A DNA stretch of 64,000 nucleotides from an uncultured Bacteroidota bacterium (GTDB lineage: Bacteria > Bacteroidota > Bacteroidia > Flavobacteriales > UBA7312), in contig CACHMF010000001.1 in assembly GCA_902580855.1 (NCBI GenBank), forward strand, positions 6,319 to 70,318, in the 5' to 3' direction. The notes beneath the pieces were generated by a model. It worked only from the letters and a program-made list of their open reading frames with translations, had not been told where the DNA came from and ran no database searches. Position numbers and translations under genes: made by a program. Shown piece after piece: positions 47,205 to 57,043 of the stretch (position 1 is its first letter; the number at the start of each line of letters is the position of its first letter).

Positions 47205-47212
47205 TATCTTTG
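47205..47212 (+). promoter_or_regulatory. -7 box (TATCTTTG) upstream of the cold-shock gene
   Basis: Exact TAnnTTTG 22 nt upstream of the ATG at 47235. Confidence 0.45.
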
Positions 47213-47234
47213 CAGCAATATTTAATTATTTATT

Positions 47235-47426
47235 ATGAATACTGGAACAGTAAAATTCTTTAACGACACCAAAGGTTATGGTTTTATTAAAGAAGATGAG
47301 TCTGGCAAAGAGTACTTTGTACATGTTAGCGGACTTGTTGATGAAATTAATGAGAATGACAAAGTAACATTTGACCTTGAAGAAGGTAGAAAAGGACTAA
47401 ATGCCGTGAATGTTAAATTAGCATAA
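47235..47426 (+). CDS. Cold-shock domain protein (CspA family)
   Basis: 63 aa. GTVKFFNDTKGYGFI (RNP1) and FVHVSG (RNP2). Confidence 0.95.
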   Translation: MNTGTVKFFNDTKGYGFIKEDESGKEYFVHVSGLVDEINENDKVTFDLEEGRKGLNAVNVKLA

Positions 47427-47445
47427 ATTACATTTCAAGAAAAGT

Positions 47446-47474
47446 AAAGCCACTCATTAGAGTGGCTTTTTTTA
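47446..47474. terminator. Intrinsic terminator between convergent csp and TPR genes
   Basis: AGCCACT / CATTAG / AGTGGCT followed by a T7 run. The T-run overlaps the stop of the - strand gene. Confidence 0.7.
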
Positions 47475-48461
47475 TGGTAGATTATTTAATTCTATTTTTG
47501 CTTGTTCATCATTTTCATCTAATCTTAACGCAGATTGAAAATCTGCACGAGCTTGAGGAATATTACCCAACTCCTTAAAACAGAGTCCTCTTGCAAAATA
47601 AGCATCGACATATTCTGGATTAGTGTATATAGCGTCTGAAAAATAATTTGCTGCCATTTCATAATCTTTCCTTTTCCAATTTATATAACCTAAATTATAG
47701 TTTGCAAACTGATTAAAATTATCTATGCGCAACATAGCATTATAACATTTTTCTGCATCAGAAAATCTGTCCAAATCTTGTAAATATTTACCTTTTCTAT
47801 ACCAAATTTGAACATTCAAAGAATCTAAAGAAAGAGCATTATCGAAATATAACTCAGCTATAGGATTATCTAAATAGGCGTAAATAAAAGCCAATTCCTC
47901 ATAAGCATATATATTAAAAGGATCTTGCTCTACGGATGTTTGAAGTTGCGAAATAGCTTTTTCAAAATCACCTAATTCTTTAAAATTTAAACCTTTGAAA
48001 TAATATGCTTTTGCTTCATAAGGATCAACCCTCAAAACATTATTTAAGTCTTTTAGAGATTGTTCATGATTTCTATATAAAAAATGTAACTCGCCTCTTA
48101 ATAGTAAAGAGGAAGTATGGGATTCTTGCGCCTCCAAATCTTTGGTTAAGTTCTTTAAGGAAGCTTTATAATAGTTTGGTCTTCCATTTTTCGCAATCTG
48201 GTATTGCATTTCGGCTAGCTCAAACAATAATTCATGATTTGATGAATCTAAAGAAACAATTAACTCTTGATCCATCATAGCAGCCTCTAAATTTCCTCTG
48301 TCTAAAAAAAGTTGCTTTCGTTTTTGCAACAATGCTACATCATTAGGATTTTGCAATAACTGCTCGCTCAGTTGTGCGATATCTGATTTCTGTTTTTTCT
48401 GTACTTGCTCTGTTCCGCAAGCTAAAAGAAAGAACGATATAAAAAATACAAAGTACTTCAT
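47472..48461 (-). CDS. Tetratricopeptide-repeat lipoprotein
   Basis: 329 aa. Lipobox FLLACG and multiple TPR-like repeats (A..YF.KG....LG....A...F..AL.LD). Confidence 0.7.
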   Translation of the reverse strand: MKYFVFFISFFLLACGTEQVQKKQKSDIAQLSEQLLQNPNDVALLQKRKQLFLDRGNLEAAMMDQELIVSLDSSNHELLFELAEMQYQIAKNGRPNYYKASLKNLTKDLEAQESHTSSLLLRGELHFLYRNHEQSLKDLNNVLRVDPYEAKAYYFKGLNFKELGDFEKAISQLQTSVEQDPFNIYAYEELAFIYAYLDNPIAELYFDNALSLDSLNVQIWYRKGKYLQDLDRFSDAEKCYNAMLRIDNFNQFANYNLGYINWKRKDYEMAANYFSDAIYTNPEYVDAYFARGLCFKELGNIPQARADFQSALRLDENDEQAKIELNNLP

Positions 48462-48490
48462 AAAAAGAAAGCCCCGAAAAACAGGGCTTT
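48462..48490 (-). terminator. Intrinsic terminator downstream of recA
   Basis: On the - strand, AAGCCC / 9-nt loop / GGGCTT is followed by TCTTTTTAT. Confidence 0.6.
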
Positions 48491-48494
48491 TACT

Positions 48495-49490
48495 TTAAGC
48501 GTCTAACGCTTCTTTAATTTTATTTTCTAATTGATCACAAAGCTCAGGGTTATCCTGTAAGATATTTTTCACAGCATCTCTTCCCTGCCCCAGCTTATCG
48601 CCTTCGTAACTAAACCAAGAACCTGATTTTTGTACAATATCCAATTCTACACCTTTATCTAGAATTTCACCAATTTTAGAAACTCCTTGTCCATACATAA
48701 TATCAAACTCCACTAGTTTAAATGGAGGCGCTACTTTGTTCTTAACAACCTTTACCCGTGTTTTATTTCCAATAGCACCATCTACATCTTTAATTGCAGT
48801 ACTTCTACGCACATCTAAACGAACCGAAGCGTAAAATTTCAATGCGTTACCACCAGTAGTTGTCTCAGGATTACCAAACATAACACCTATTTTCTCACGC
48901 AATTGATTGATAAAAATACAAGTGCAACCTGTTTTGCTAATTGTTCCGGTTAATTTTCGCAATGCTTTCGACATCAAACGAGCATGCAATCCAACAGAAG
49001 TGTCACCCATTTCTCCTTCAATCTCACTTTTTGGCGTCAGGGCTGCAACAGAATCCACAACTAAAATATCAATTGCTCCAGAACGAATTAAATTATCGGC
49101 AATCTCTAACGCTTGCTCGCCATTGTCCGGCTGTGAAATTAAAAGATTATCTATATCTACGCCTAAATTAGCTGCGTACTGCTGATCAAAAGCATGTTCT
49201 GCATCAATAAAAGCAGCAATCCCTCCTTGTTTCTGAGCCTCTGCAATAGCATGTATTGCTAATGTTGTTTTACCCGATGACTCAGGACCATAAATTTCGA
49301 TAACCCTTCCTCTTGGATAGCCCCCTATCCCTAAAGCTAAATCTAAACCTAAAGAGCCACTAGGGATTGCCTCAACATTTTCAATTACCTTGTCGCCCAA
49401 GCGCATAACCGTTCCTTTTCCGTAAGACTTTTCCATTTTATCCAGTGTTAACTGGAGCGCTTTCATTTTCGCTTCTTTCTCTTTACTCAT
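48495..49490 (-). CDS. recA: Recombinase RecA
   Basis: 331 aa. Walker [10 protein letters not shown], and the L1/L2 region [34 protein letters not shown]. Confidence 0.97.
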   Translation of the reverse strand: MSKEKEAKMKALQLTLDKMEKSYGKGTVMRLGDKVIENVEAIPSGSLGLDLALGIGGYPRGRVIEIYGPESSGKTTLAIHAIAEAQKQGGIAAFIDAEHAFDQQYAANLGVDIDNLLISQPDNGEQALEIADNLIRSGAIDILVVDSVAALTPKSEIEGEMGDTSVGLHARLMSKALRKLTGTISKTGCTCIFINQLREKIGVMFGNPETTTGGNALKFYASVRLDVRRSTAIKDVDGAIGNKTRVKVVKNKVAPPFKLVEFDIMYGQGVSKIGEILDKGVELDIVQKSGSWFSYEGDKLGQGRDAVKNILQDNPELCDQLENKIKEALDA

Positions 49491-49494
49491 CTTT

Positions 49495-49956
49495 TTATTG
49501 GTAAGATTCTAAAATTTGTTCTGTATGTTCCTTGGTTTTCACTTTTGTAAAAATTCTTTCAATCATTCCGTTTTCATCTATAACAAAAGTAGTTCTATGA
49601 ATACCATCATAAGTACGACCCATGAATTTTTTAGGACCCCAAACGCCATAAGCGTTCAACACTTCTTTTTCGGTGTCAGCTAAAAGATGAAATGGCAGTT
49701 CATGCTTTTTAATAAACTTTTGATGAGATACTTCATTATCTGCACTAACACCTAACACTTCAAATCCTTTAGTTTTTAAATCTGCATAATGATCTCTTAA
49801 ATTACAACTTTCTGCTGTACAACCAGGCGTATTGTCTTTTGGGTAGAAATACAGCACTAACTTTTTACCTGAAAAATCAGCCAAAATCATCTCATCTCCC
49901 AACTCATTTATAACCTTGAAGTCAGGTGCTTTATCACCTTCTTTTAATGTTGTCAT
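49495..49956 (-). CDS. bcp: Thioredoxin-dependent peroxiredoxin Bcp/PrxQ
   Basis: 153 aa. [15 protein letters not shown] active-site block. Confidence 0.9.
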   Translation of the reverse strand: MTTLKEGDKAPDFKVINELGDEMILADFSGKKLVLYFYPKDNTPGCTAESCNLRDHYADLKTKGFEVLGVSADNEVSHQKFIKKHELPFHLLADTEKEVLNAYGVWGPKKFMGRTYDGIHRTTFVIDENGMIERIFTKVKTKEHTEQILESYQ

Positions 49957-50019
49957 TCATCTAATTTTTATCTAACAAAAGAGCGAAATTTTAAGCGCAA
50001 AAACAATAGCTTTTATCTA

Positions 50020-50673
50020 CTATTTATTAACAAATGACTTTTGCTTTTCGAAATACTTACAAATATCTGTAATGCCACATTCTTCACATTTAGGGCTACG
50101 TGCTAAACACACATATCTGCCATGTAAAATCAACCAATGATGAGCAATATTGAGCTTATCTTTAGGAAAATGCTTTACCAGCTGTTTTTCTGACTGTAAT
50201 GGATTTTTAGCATTCTGCGTAAGCCCAACTCGCTCTGAAACTCGAAACACATGAGTATCTACAGGCATAGTTGGAATATTGTACAAAACAGAAGCCACAA
50301 CATTAGCCGTTTTACGCCCTACACCTTGTAGTTTTTGCAGATCATCCACATCAGCAGGAACTTTTCCTCCAAAATCATTCACAAGCATTTTAGACATCTT
50401 ATCCAAATGTCTTGATTTATTATTCGGGTAACTGATACTCCTAATATAAGGGAAGATATCTTCATGAGTTGCTTCTGCCATAGCATCAGCTGTAGGGTAT
50501 GCTGCAAACAAATGCGGTGTTACCATATTTACACGCTTATCTGTGCACTGTGCCGAAAGAATAACAGCTACCAAGAGCTCAAACTCATTAGTGTAGTGCA
50601 ATTCTGTTTCTGCAGCAGGCAAATGTTCTGTAAAATAATCTATAAATCGATTATATCTTTCTTTCTTAAGCAT
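50020..50673 (-). CDS. nth: Endonuclease III
   Basis: 217 aa. HhH-GPD region LQKLQGVGRKTANVV and [4Fe-4S] cluster loop CLARSPKCEECGITDIC. Confidence 0.95.
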   Translation of the reverse strand: MLKKERYNRFIDYFTEHLPAAETELHYTNEFELLVAVILSAQCTDKRVNMVTPHLFAAYPTADAMAEATHEDIFPYIRSISYPNNKSRHLDKMSKMLVNDFGGKVPADVDDLQKLQGVGRKTANVVASVLYNIPTMPVDTHVFRVSERVGLTQNAKNPLQSEKQLVKHFPKDKLNIAHHWLILHGRYVCLARSPKCEECGITDICKYFEKQKSFVNK

Positions 50674-50698
50674 GAATCAAATCTAATGAAAATGAAGC

Positions 50699-50737
50699 AT
50701 AAAAAAACCTGTCTCATCAATATTGAAAAGACAGGTC
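50699..50737 (-). terminator. Intrinsic terminator downstream of the small ORF 50758-51024
   Basis: On the - strand, ACCTGTCT / 14-nt loop / AGACAGGT is followed by a T7 run. Confidence 0.65.
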
Positions 50738-50757
50738 TTTCACTCTAACCAAAACCA

Positions 50758-51024
50758 CTAATTCAAAACAAAATCAACTATTCTCAACTGTTTTGAGGGC
50801 TTAACTGTTAATGCCTTAGCGTAAGACATAATGTTATTAACCGCGAATGCCGAAGGACTCACTCGCCCTTTGTTTAAACATTCTTTTGCTTCTTTTAACG
50901 CTAGAAACTCAGCTTGAAATTTGTTATCCTCTAAGATAACCGAACGCAATTCTTGTCGCTCTTCTCTATTCATCTCCCCGTATAGATAAAGGAGTAAATC
51001 TTCTTTTGTAAAGGTTTTATGCAT
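50758..51024 (-). CDS. Hypothetical 88-aa protein downstream of the ECF sigma gene (possible cognate regulator / anti-sigma)
   Basis: The ORF has its own terminator and lies 66 nt after the sigma stop. No TM segment or zinc-binding HxxxCxxC motif is seen. The N-terminus EDLLLYLYGEM..EE...L resembles anti-sigma N-terminal helices only loosely. Confidence 0.45.
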   Translation of the reverse strand: MHKTFTKEDLLLYLYGEMNREERQELRSVILEDNKFQAEFLALKEAKECLNKGRVSPSAFAVNNIMSYAKALTVKPSKQLRIVDFVLN

Positions 51025-51090
51025 AGGCGTATATTTATCATATATCCTAAGAACGCATAAAGTATTTACATATTATATCAATATTAAAAA

Positions 51091-51687
51091 TTATTGAATC
51101 ATCAGATCAACACGATGCACTTCCATGATTTTTCGAAGGTTAATCAAGGCGTAACGCATTCTTCCCAGGGCAGTATTAATACTAACTCCTGTTTTCTCAG
51201 CAATTTCTTTAAAACTTAACTCTTCATAATGACGCATAACTAGTACTTGTCTTTGTTCTTCAGGTAACTCTTGAACCATTTTTTTTAACTGTTCATGTTG
51301 TTCTCCCTCCATCATTGTGTATTCGGATGTTTGCTCTCCATTAGAAATTATATCAAAAATATCGAAATCATCATCTAACTTTAGTTTACCTACAGTTGGC
51401 ATACGCTTTGCCTTCCTGAAGTGATCTATCACCAAGTTATGTGCAATTCGCATAACCCAGGGTAAAAACTTACCTTCCTCATTATATTTTCCTTTTTGTA
51501 AAGATTTGATGACCTTGAAAAAAACATCTTGAAAAATATCTTCAGCTAATTCTTGATTACGAACTTTAGAAATAACAAACGTGTAAATGCGTTCCTTGTG
51601 GCGCTTAACTAATGTTTCCAAAGCAGAAACATTACCTTCTAAATAATTTGATACAAGTTGTTGATCGGAAAATGTGTGCAATAACAT
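51091..51687 (-). CDS. RNA polymerase sigma-70 family, ECF-type sigma factor
   Basis: 198 aa. Region 2 (ELAEDIFQDVFFKV, FLPWVMRIAHNLVIDHFR), acidic linker, and region 4 (LPEEQRQVLVMRHYEELSFKEIAEKTGVSINTALGRMRYA). Confidence 0.9.
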   Translation of the reverse strand: MLLHTFSDQQLVSNYLEGNVSALETLVKRHKERIYTFVISKVRNQELAEDIFQDVFFKVIKSLQKGKYNEEGKFLPWVMRIAHNLVIDHFRKAKRMPTVGKLKLDDDFDIFDIISNGEQTSEYTMMEGEQHEQLKKMVQELPEEQRQVLVMRHYEELSFKEIAEKTGVSINTALGRMRYALINLRKIMEVHRVDLMIQ

Positions 51688-51691
51688 AACT

Positions 51692-51699
51692 ACCTCCTT
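51692..51699 (-). promoter_or_regulatory. Strong Shine-Dalgarno sequence AAGGAGGT in front of the ECF sigma gene
   Basis: The - strand reads AAAAGGAGGTAGTT-ATG. The GGAGG core ends 5 nt before the start codon. Confidence 0.7.
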
Positions 51700-51797
51700 T
51701 TTAATTAATAAAAGTTTAAAGTAGAAATGTTCCTATAAGCAGCGAATTTAGATTTGCACTAGATAAATAAAAACAAAATCTGATGATCTTGTTGAAA

Positions 51798-51805
51798 CAA
51801 ATATA
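51798..51805 (-). promoter_or_regulatory. Possible -7 box (TATATTTG) for the ECF sigma gene
   Basis: Exact TAnnTTTG on the - strand about 110 nt upstream of the ATG, implying a roughly 100-nt leader. Confidence 0.3.
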
Positions 51806-51840
51806 AGTGACTTTTACTTAATTTCCAAATGATAAATCGC

Positions 51841-51848
51841 TAACTTTG
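51841..51848 (+). promoter_or_regulatory. Possible -7 box (TAACTTTG) for uvrA
   Basis: Exact TAnnTTTG 29 nt upstream of the ATG at 51878. Confidence 0.35.
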
Positions 51849-51877
51849 CCACTTTTGCGCCAAAAACAGCATATTTT

Positions 51878-54661
51878 ATGCCAAAAATTACACCTAAAGA
51901 TACTAATGATTTTATTCTTGTAAAAGGCGCACGTATGCACAACTTAAAAAATGTTGATGTAGCCATACCTAAAAGGAAATTAGTGGTTATTACAGGAGTT
52001 TCTGGATCAGGAAAATCATCTTTAGCTTTTGACACCCTCTTTGCAGAAGGGCAAAGACGCTATATCGAAAGCCTTTCCTCATATGCTCGACAATTTTTAG
52101 GAAAACTACAAAAACCAGACGTAGATCAAATCCTAGGCATCTCACCCGCTATTGCTATTGAACAAAAAGTTAACACAAGAAACCCTCGCTCTACAGTTGG
52201 TACATCCACAGAAATTTATGACTATCTAAAATTACTTTTTGCAAGAATTGGTAAAACCATTTCTCCCGTTTCTGGAACAGAAGTTAAATCACATCAGGTA
52301 AGCGATGTAGTTGATTTCATTTCAAAACATCCAAGAGGAAGTAAAATATTAGTCTTAGCACATCATCACACAGAAAGAGACACAAAACGCCATCTAAATA
52401 TTTTGTTACAACAAGGATTCTCTAGAATCAAAGTTGGAAACAATATTCATCGAATTGATGATTTTTTAGAAGATTATAAAAAGTTTGACCAAGAATATTT
52501 GTGGGTTGTCATTGATAGACTTTCCGTAAATCTTGAGGAAGAAAACCTCAACAGAATGGCGGATAGTATACAAACTGCTTTTTTCGAAGGAGAAGGCGAA
52601 TGCACTATTGAGATATTAGAGCATTCGACTACTCATTTCTCCAATCGATTTGAGGCAGATGGTTTGGTTTTTGAAAAACCTTCCGAACACCTGTTCAGCT
52701 TCAACAATCCGTATGGTGCCTGTAAAAAATGTGAAGGCTTTGGTAGCGTTATGGGCATTGATGAAAAAAAAGTAATACCTAATGAATCTTTATCTTTATA
52801 TGAAGGGGCTGTAAACTGTTGGAAAGGAGAAAAATTAAGTAAGTGGAAAGATCGCTTCATTATTAAGGCTCATGAACATAAATTTCCAGTACACAAACCT
52901 TATTTTGAACTGAACGAAGAAGAAAAGGGAATCCTATGGAATGGTTCAAAACGTCTAAGAGGAATTAGACAGTTTTTTGCTCAATTAGAAAAAGAAAACT
53001 ACAAAGTTCAAAACAGAGTATTACTCGCAAGATATAGAGGAAAAAGCACTTGCCCTGACTGTAATGGAACCCGACTTCGAAAAGAGGCTCTTTGGGTCAA
53101 AGTCGCCAACAAAACTATTAACGATATTGTACATCTGCCATTACGCGAAGCACTAGATTTCTTTCAAGAAATAGCGTTAAGCGAAAACGACCTAATAATT
53201 GCAGAAAGACTTTTAAAAGAAATTACTAACCGTCTACATTTTTTAAATGAAGTAGGACTAGGATATCTCACACTTAATCGACTTTCTTCTACTCTTTCTG
53301 GGGGAGAATCACAACGAATCAACCTTGCCACTTCACTTGGAAGTAGCCTAGTTGGATCCATGTATATTTTGGACGAACCAAGTATTGGCTTACACTCAAA
53401 AGACACAGAGCGCCTTATTTATGTTTTACAGGCATTAAGAGATGTTGGCAATACTGTAATTGTAGTAGAACACGATGAAGAAATAATGCAGGCTGCAGAT
53501 GAATTGATAGATATAGGACCTGATGCTGGGACAGGTGGTGGAAAAATTGTTTTTCAGGGCAGTTTAAATAAGATAAATCAAAGCGAAAACAGCTTGACAG
53601 CTCAATACCTTCATCAAAAACTAAAAATTGAGGTGCCTAAAGCGCGTAGACAATGGCATCAATCTGTAATCATAAAAGGTGCTAGAGAAAATAATTTACA
53701 AAACATAAATGTTTGCTTTCCACTAAACACTTTAACTGTTGTTACAGGTGTAAGTGGATCAGGAAAAAGCTCTTTGATTAAACAAATTCTTTTTCCTTCT
53801 ATGCAGAAAAAAATACAAGGATACACAACCAAACTTGGAGCACATGATAGTTTGGAAGGAGACTACAAAAATATTGAGCAAATAGAATTTGTTGATCAAA
53901 ACCCAATAGGCCGTTCTTCTAGATCTAATCCAGTCACATACATTAAAGCATATGATGATATAAGAAACTTATACTCTCGTCAAGCATTGTCTCAAGTAAG
54001 GGGCTATAAAAGCGGCCATTTTTCTTTCAATATAGCTGGAGGAAGATGTGAGGTTTGTGAAGGAGAAGGAAATGTTAAAATAGAAATGCAATTCATGGCT
54101 GATGTACATCTTCCTTGCGAAACATGCAATGGTCAACGATTTAAGCAAGAAATACTAGAAATAAATTTTGCCGGTAAAAGCATTTCTGATATCCTTCATA
54201 TGACTGTAGATGATGCCATCACCTTCTTTCAAGAAAATAAACAAAAAAGAATCGTATCCAAACTATTGCCACTACAACAAGTTGGATTGGGCTATGTGCA
54301 CTTAGGACAATCCTCAAGTACTTTAAGTGGTGGAGAAGCTCAAAGAATTAAACTTGCGTCGTTCTTGAGCAAAGGAAAGAATGCTGAAAAAACCCTCTTT
54401 ATTTTTGATGAACCAACAACAGGACTACATTTTCACGACATTAAAAAACTGCTAAAATCCTTCAACGCCCTCATAGATAATGGACACTCCATTATTTGCA
54501 TTGAGCATAATGCTGATATTATTAAATGTGCTGATTGGATTATTGATTTGGGACCTGAGGGTGGTGAAAATGGAGGACAACTCTTATTTGAAGGAATACC
54601 GGAAGAACTTGTTAAATGCAAACATTCTCACACCGGACACTACCTTAAAGAAAAATTATAA
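51878..54661 (+). CDS. uvrA: Excinuclease ABC subunit A
   Basis: 927 aa. Two ABC modules (GVSGSGKSSL twice, LSGGESQR / LSGGEAQR) and zinc-finger Cys clusters (CKKCEGFG, CPDCNGTR, CEVCEGEG...CETCNG). Confidence 0.97.
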   Translation: MPKITPKDTNDFILVKGARMHNLKNVDVAIPKRKLVVITGVSGSGKSSLAFDTLFAEGQRRYIESLSSYARQFLGKLQKPDVDQILGISPAIAIEQKVNTRNPRSTVGTSTEIYDYLKLLFARIGKTISPVSGTEVKSHQVSDVVDFISKHPRGSKILVLAHHHTERDTKRHLNILLQQGFSRIKVGNNIHRIDDFLEDYKKFDQEYLWVVIDRLSVNLEEENLNRMADSIQTAFFEGEGECTIEILEHSTTHFSNRFEADGLVFEKPSEHLFSFNNPYGACKKCEGFGSVMGIDEKKVIPNESLSLYEGAVNCWKGEKLSKWKDRFIIKAHEHKFPVHKPYFELNEEEKGILWNGSKRLRGIRQFFAQLEKENYKVQNRVLLARYRGKSTCPDCNGTRLRKEALWVKVANKTINDIVHLPLREALDFFQEIALSENDLIIAERLLKEITNRLHFLNEVGLGYLTLNRLSSTLSGGESQRINLATSLGSSLVGSMYILDEPSIGLHSKDTERLIYVLQALRDVGNTVIVVEHDEEIMQAADELIDIGPDAGTGGGKIVFQGSLNKINQSENSLTAQYLHQKLKIEVPKARRQWHQSVIIKGARENNLQNINVCFPLNTLTVVTGVSGSGKSSLIKQILFPSMQKKIQGYTTKLGAHDSLEGDYKNIEQIEFVDQNPIGRSSRSNPVTYIKAYDDIRNLYSRQALSQVRGYKSGHFSFNIAGGRCEVCEGEGNVKIEMQFMADVHLPCETCNGQRFKQEILEINFAGKSISDILHMTVDDAITFFQENKQKRIVSKLLPLQQVGLGYVHLGQSSSTLSGGEAQRIKLASFLSKGKNAEKTLFIFDEPTTGLHFHDIKKLLKSFNALIDNGHSIICIEHNADIIKCADWIIDLGPEGGENGGQLLFEGIPEELVKCKHSHTGHYLKEKL

Positions 54662-55066
54662 ACTATCTAAAAAAGATTGCAAGATAATGGTGGCGCTGAT
54701 CTCATCCACTAAAGCTTTATTTTGCCTAGCTTTCTTTTTCAGTCCACTATCAATCATTGTTTGAAATGCCATCTTGGACGTAAAGCGTTCATCCACCCTA
54801 TGTATTGGAATATGTGGAAATTCTTTTACCAACCTTCTTACAAAAGGCTCAATAAATCGAGTACTCTCTGAAGGAGTATTGTCAAGATTTTTTGCCTCTC
54901 CTACTACAAAAGCAATCACTGTTTCCTTTGTTACATAGTGTTTTAAAAAGCTCATAACATCCTTAGCATGTACAGTGGTTAAACCGCTAGCTATAATTTG
55001 TTCACTATCGGTAACAGCAAGACCTACTCTCTTTTGGCCATAATCTATTGCTAAAATACGTGACAT
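54656..55066 (-). CDS. ruvX: Holliday-junction-resolvase-like / pre-16S rRNA nuclease RuvX (YqgF)
   Basis: The internal ATG at 55066 gives MSRILAIDYGQKRVGLAV. The ORF-track start (55114) would overlap dapD. The 3' end overlaps uvrA by 6 nt. Confidence 0.85.
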   Translation of the reverse strand: MSRILAIDYGQKRVGLAVTDSEQIIASGLTTVHAKDVMSFLKHYVTKETVIAFVVGEAKNLDNTPSESTRFIEPFVRRLVKEFPHIPIHRVDERFTSKMAFQTMIDSGLKKKARQNKALVDEISATIILQSFLDSL

Positions 55067-55102
55067 AAGGCAAAAATAAAGCTTTTGTCTATCTTTGCTA
55101 AT

Positions 55103-55921
55103 ATGAAAAAGCAACTAAAAAACACCATTGAGAAAGCTTGGAAAAACCGAGCTTTACTAGAAAACGATACAACCCAAAAAGCAATCCATTCAGTTATTGA
55201 GGAGTTGGATAAAGGTCGCTTAAGAGTAGCCGAACCAAGTTCTGATGGTTGGCAAGTAAACGATTGGGTGAAAAAAGCAGTTATTCTTTACTTCCCAATT
55301 CAAAAAATGGAAACTTTAGAGGCGGGACCAATGGAGTTTCATGATAAGATGAAACTAAAAAGCAATTACGCAGAACTAGGTGTCCGTGTTGTTCCTCATG
55401 CAGTAGCACGCTACGGAGCTTTCCTAGCAAGCGGACTAATCATGATGCCTTGCTATATAAATATTGGTGCGTATGTAGATAGTGGAACAATGGTTGACAC
55501 ATGGGCTACTGTTGGTTCTTGCGCTCAAATTGGTAAAAATGTACACATAAGCGGTGGCGTAGGAATTGGCGGTGTTTTAGAACCGATACAGGCAGCTCCT
55601 GTTGTAATTGAAGATGATGCTTTTATTGGTTCTCGTTGCATTGTAGTAGAAGGTGTTAGAGTTGAAAAAGAAGCTGTTTTAGGTGCCAATGTAGTACTAA
55701 CCGCCTCCACTAAAATCATTGATATAACGGGAGAAAAACCTATAGAATATAACGGGATTGTTCCAAGCAGATCAGTTGTTATTCCAGGAACATACCCAAA
55801 AGAATTTCCAAGCGGAGAGTATGGTGTACCTTGCGCCCTAATCATCGGCAAGCGTAAAGAAAGCACTGATAAAAAAACTTCTCTGAACAACGCTTTACGC
55901 GATTATAATGTAGCTGTTTAA
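55103..55921 (+). CDS. dapD: 2,3,4,5-tetrahydropyridine-2,6-dicarboxylate N-succinyltransferase
   Basis: The ATG at 55103 gives MKKQLKNTIEKAW. Left-handed beta-helix hexapeptide repeats (GAYVDSGTMVDTWATVGSCAQIGKNVHISGGVGIGGVLEP). Confidence 0.9.
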   Translation: MKKQLKNTIEKAWKNRALLENDTTQKAIHSVIEELDKGRLRVAEPSSDGWQVNDWVKKAVILYFPIQKMETLEAGPMEFHDKMKLKSNYAELGVRVVPHAVARYGAFLASGLIMMPCYINIGAYVDSGTMVDTWATVGSCAQIGKNVHISGGVGIGGVLEPIQAAPVVIEDDAFIGSRCIVVEGVRVEKEAVLGANVVLTASTKIIDITGEKPIEYNGIVPSRSVVIPGTYPKEFPSGEYGVPCALIIGKRKESTDKKTSLNNALRDYNVAV

Positions 55922-57042
55922 TGAAGATAGGATTTGATGCAAAACGCGCCTTTTTGAATAATACGGGGCTAGGCAATTACAGCCGAGACAGTATTCGTAT
56001 TTTAGGCAGCTTTTACCCAAACAACCAATACCATCTTTACACACCTAAAGCAACAAGTAACCCTAGATTATCTTTTTTAGAGAATCAAGCGCAATTTCAT
56101 GTACATACTCCTGTTACTTTTATCAATAATACTTTTTCAGGAATTTGGCGCTCAGTACTGCTAAGCAAACAACTCCAAAAGGACGGAGTTGACATCTACC
56201 ACGGACTAAGCAACGAGCTACCAAAAGGAATAGAAAAAACTAAGATAAAAACAGTAGTAACCATCCACGATTTAATCTTTATTAGATACCCACACCTTTT
56301 CAAGGCGATAAATCGTAAAATATACTACCATAAGTTTTTACACGCTTGCCAAGTAGCTGATCACATTATTGCAGTTAGCCAACAAACTAAGGAGGATATC
56401 ATAGAATTTTTCGCAATTCCAGCGCATAAGATAACAGTGGTCTATCAGGGGTGTCATCATGTTTTTCAATCAGAAATAACACAAGAAGAAAAAGAAGCTG
56501 TTTGCAACAAACATCAATTACCTAGCAATTACCTTTTGTATGTAGGCAGTATTGAGGAACGAAAAAACCTCCTCACCCTACTCAAGAGTATGAAAGAGTT
56601 ACCCGAACAATATCTAGTGGTAATTGGTGATGGTAAACAATACAAAAAACAGTGTTTAAAATTCGTTGAAGACAATAACTTAAACCAGCGCATAAATTTT
56701 TTAACTGGATTATCATTAAACGAAATGGCAGCCATCTACCAGTCCGCAGAAATGATGATTTATCCATCTATTTTTGAAGGTTTTGGTATACCAATCTTGG
56801 AAGCATTATTTTGCAACATACCAGTCATCACCTCTAAAGATGGATGCTTTAGTGAAAGTGGAGGGTCTCACTCTTACTATATTAACCCACTAGATAAAAA
56901 TGAACTTACACAAGCTATTAAGCACATACAATCCGATAAAAATCTAAGAGAGAATATGATAATAAAAGGGCAGCAACACGCGCAAAAATTTATAGACAAG
57001 AAGATTGCTGAAAACCTGATGAATATTTACCAATCTTTGTAG
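55921..57042 (+). CDS. Glycosyltransferase family 4
   Basis: 373 aa. The start overlaps the dapD stop. C-terminal GT4 core (LLYVGSIEERKN..., PSIFEGFGIPILEAL). Confidence 0.8.
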   Translation: MKIGFDAKRAFLNNTGLGNYSRDSIRILGSFYPNNQYHLYTPKATSNPRLSFLENQAQFHVHTPVTFINNTFSGIWRSVLLSKQLQKDGVDIYHGLSNELPKGIEKTKIKTVVTIHDLIFIRYPHLFKAINRKIYYHKFLHACQVADHIIAVSQQTKEDIIEFFAIPAHKITVVYQGCHHVFQSEITQEEKEAVCNKHQLPSNYLLYVGSIEERKNLLTLLKSMKELPEQYLVVIGDGKQYKKQCLKFVEDNNLNQRINFLTGLSLNEMAAIYQSAEMMIYPSIFEGFGIPILEALFCNIPVITSKDGCFSESGGSHSYYINPLDKNELTQAIKHIQSDKNLRENMIIKGQQHAQKFIDKKIAENLMNIYQSL

Positions 57043-57043
57043 C

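Noticed and set aside
51053-51085. An AT-rich segment ACGCATAAAGTATTTACATATTATATCAAT between the sigma gene and the small ORF, considered as a dif-like Xer site. DnaA-box-like TTATCCAC strings elsewhere were considered as oriC.
   Set aside because: Only the left arm resembles GCGCATAA. The spacer and right arm do not match a dif architecture. DnaA-box-like strings are single and intragenic (for example near 22690). There is no clustered-box, AT-rich unwinding region.
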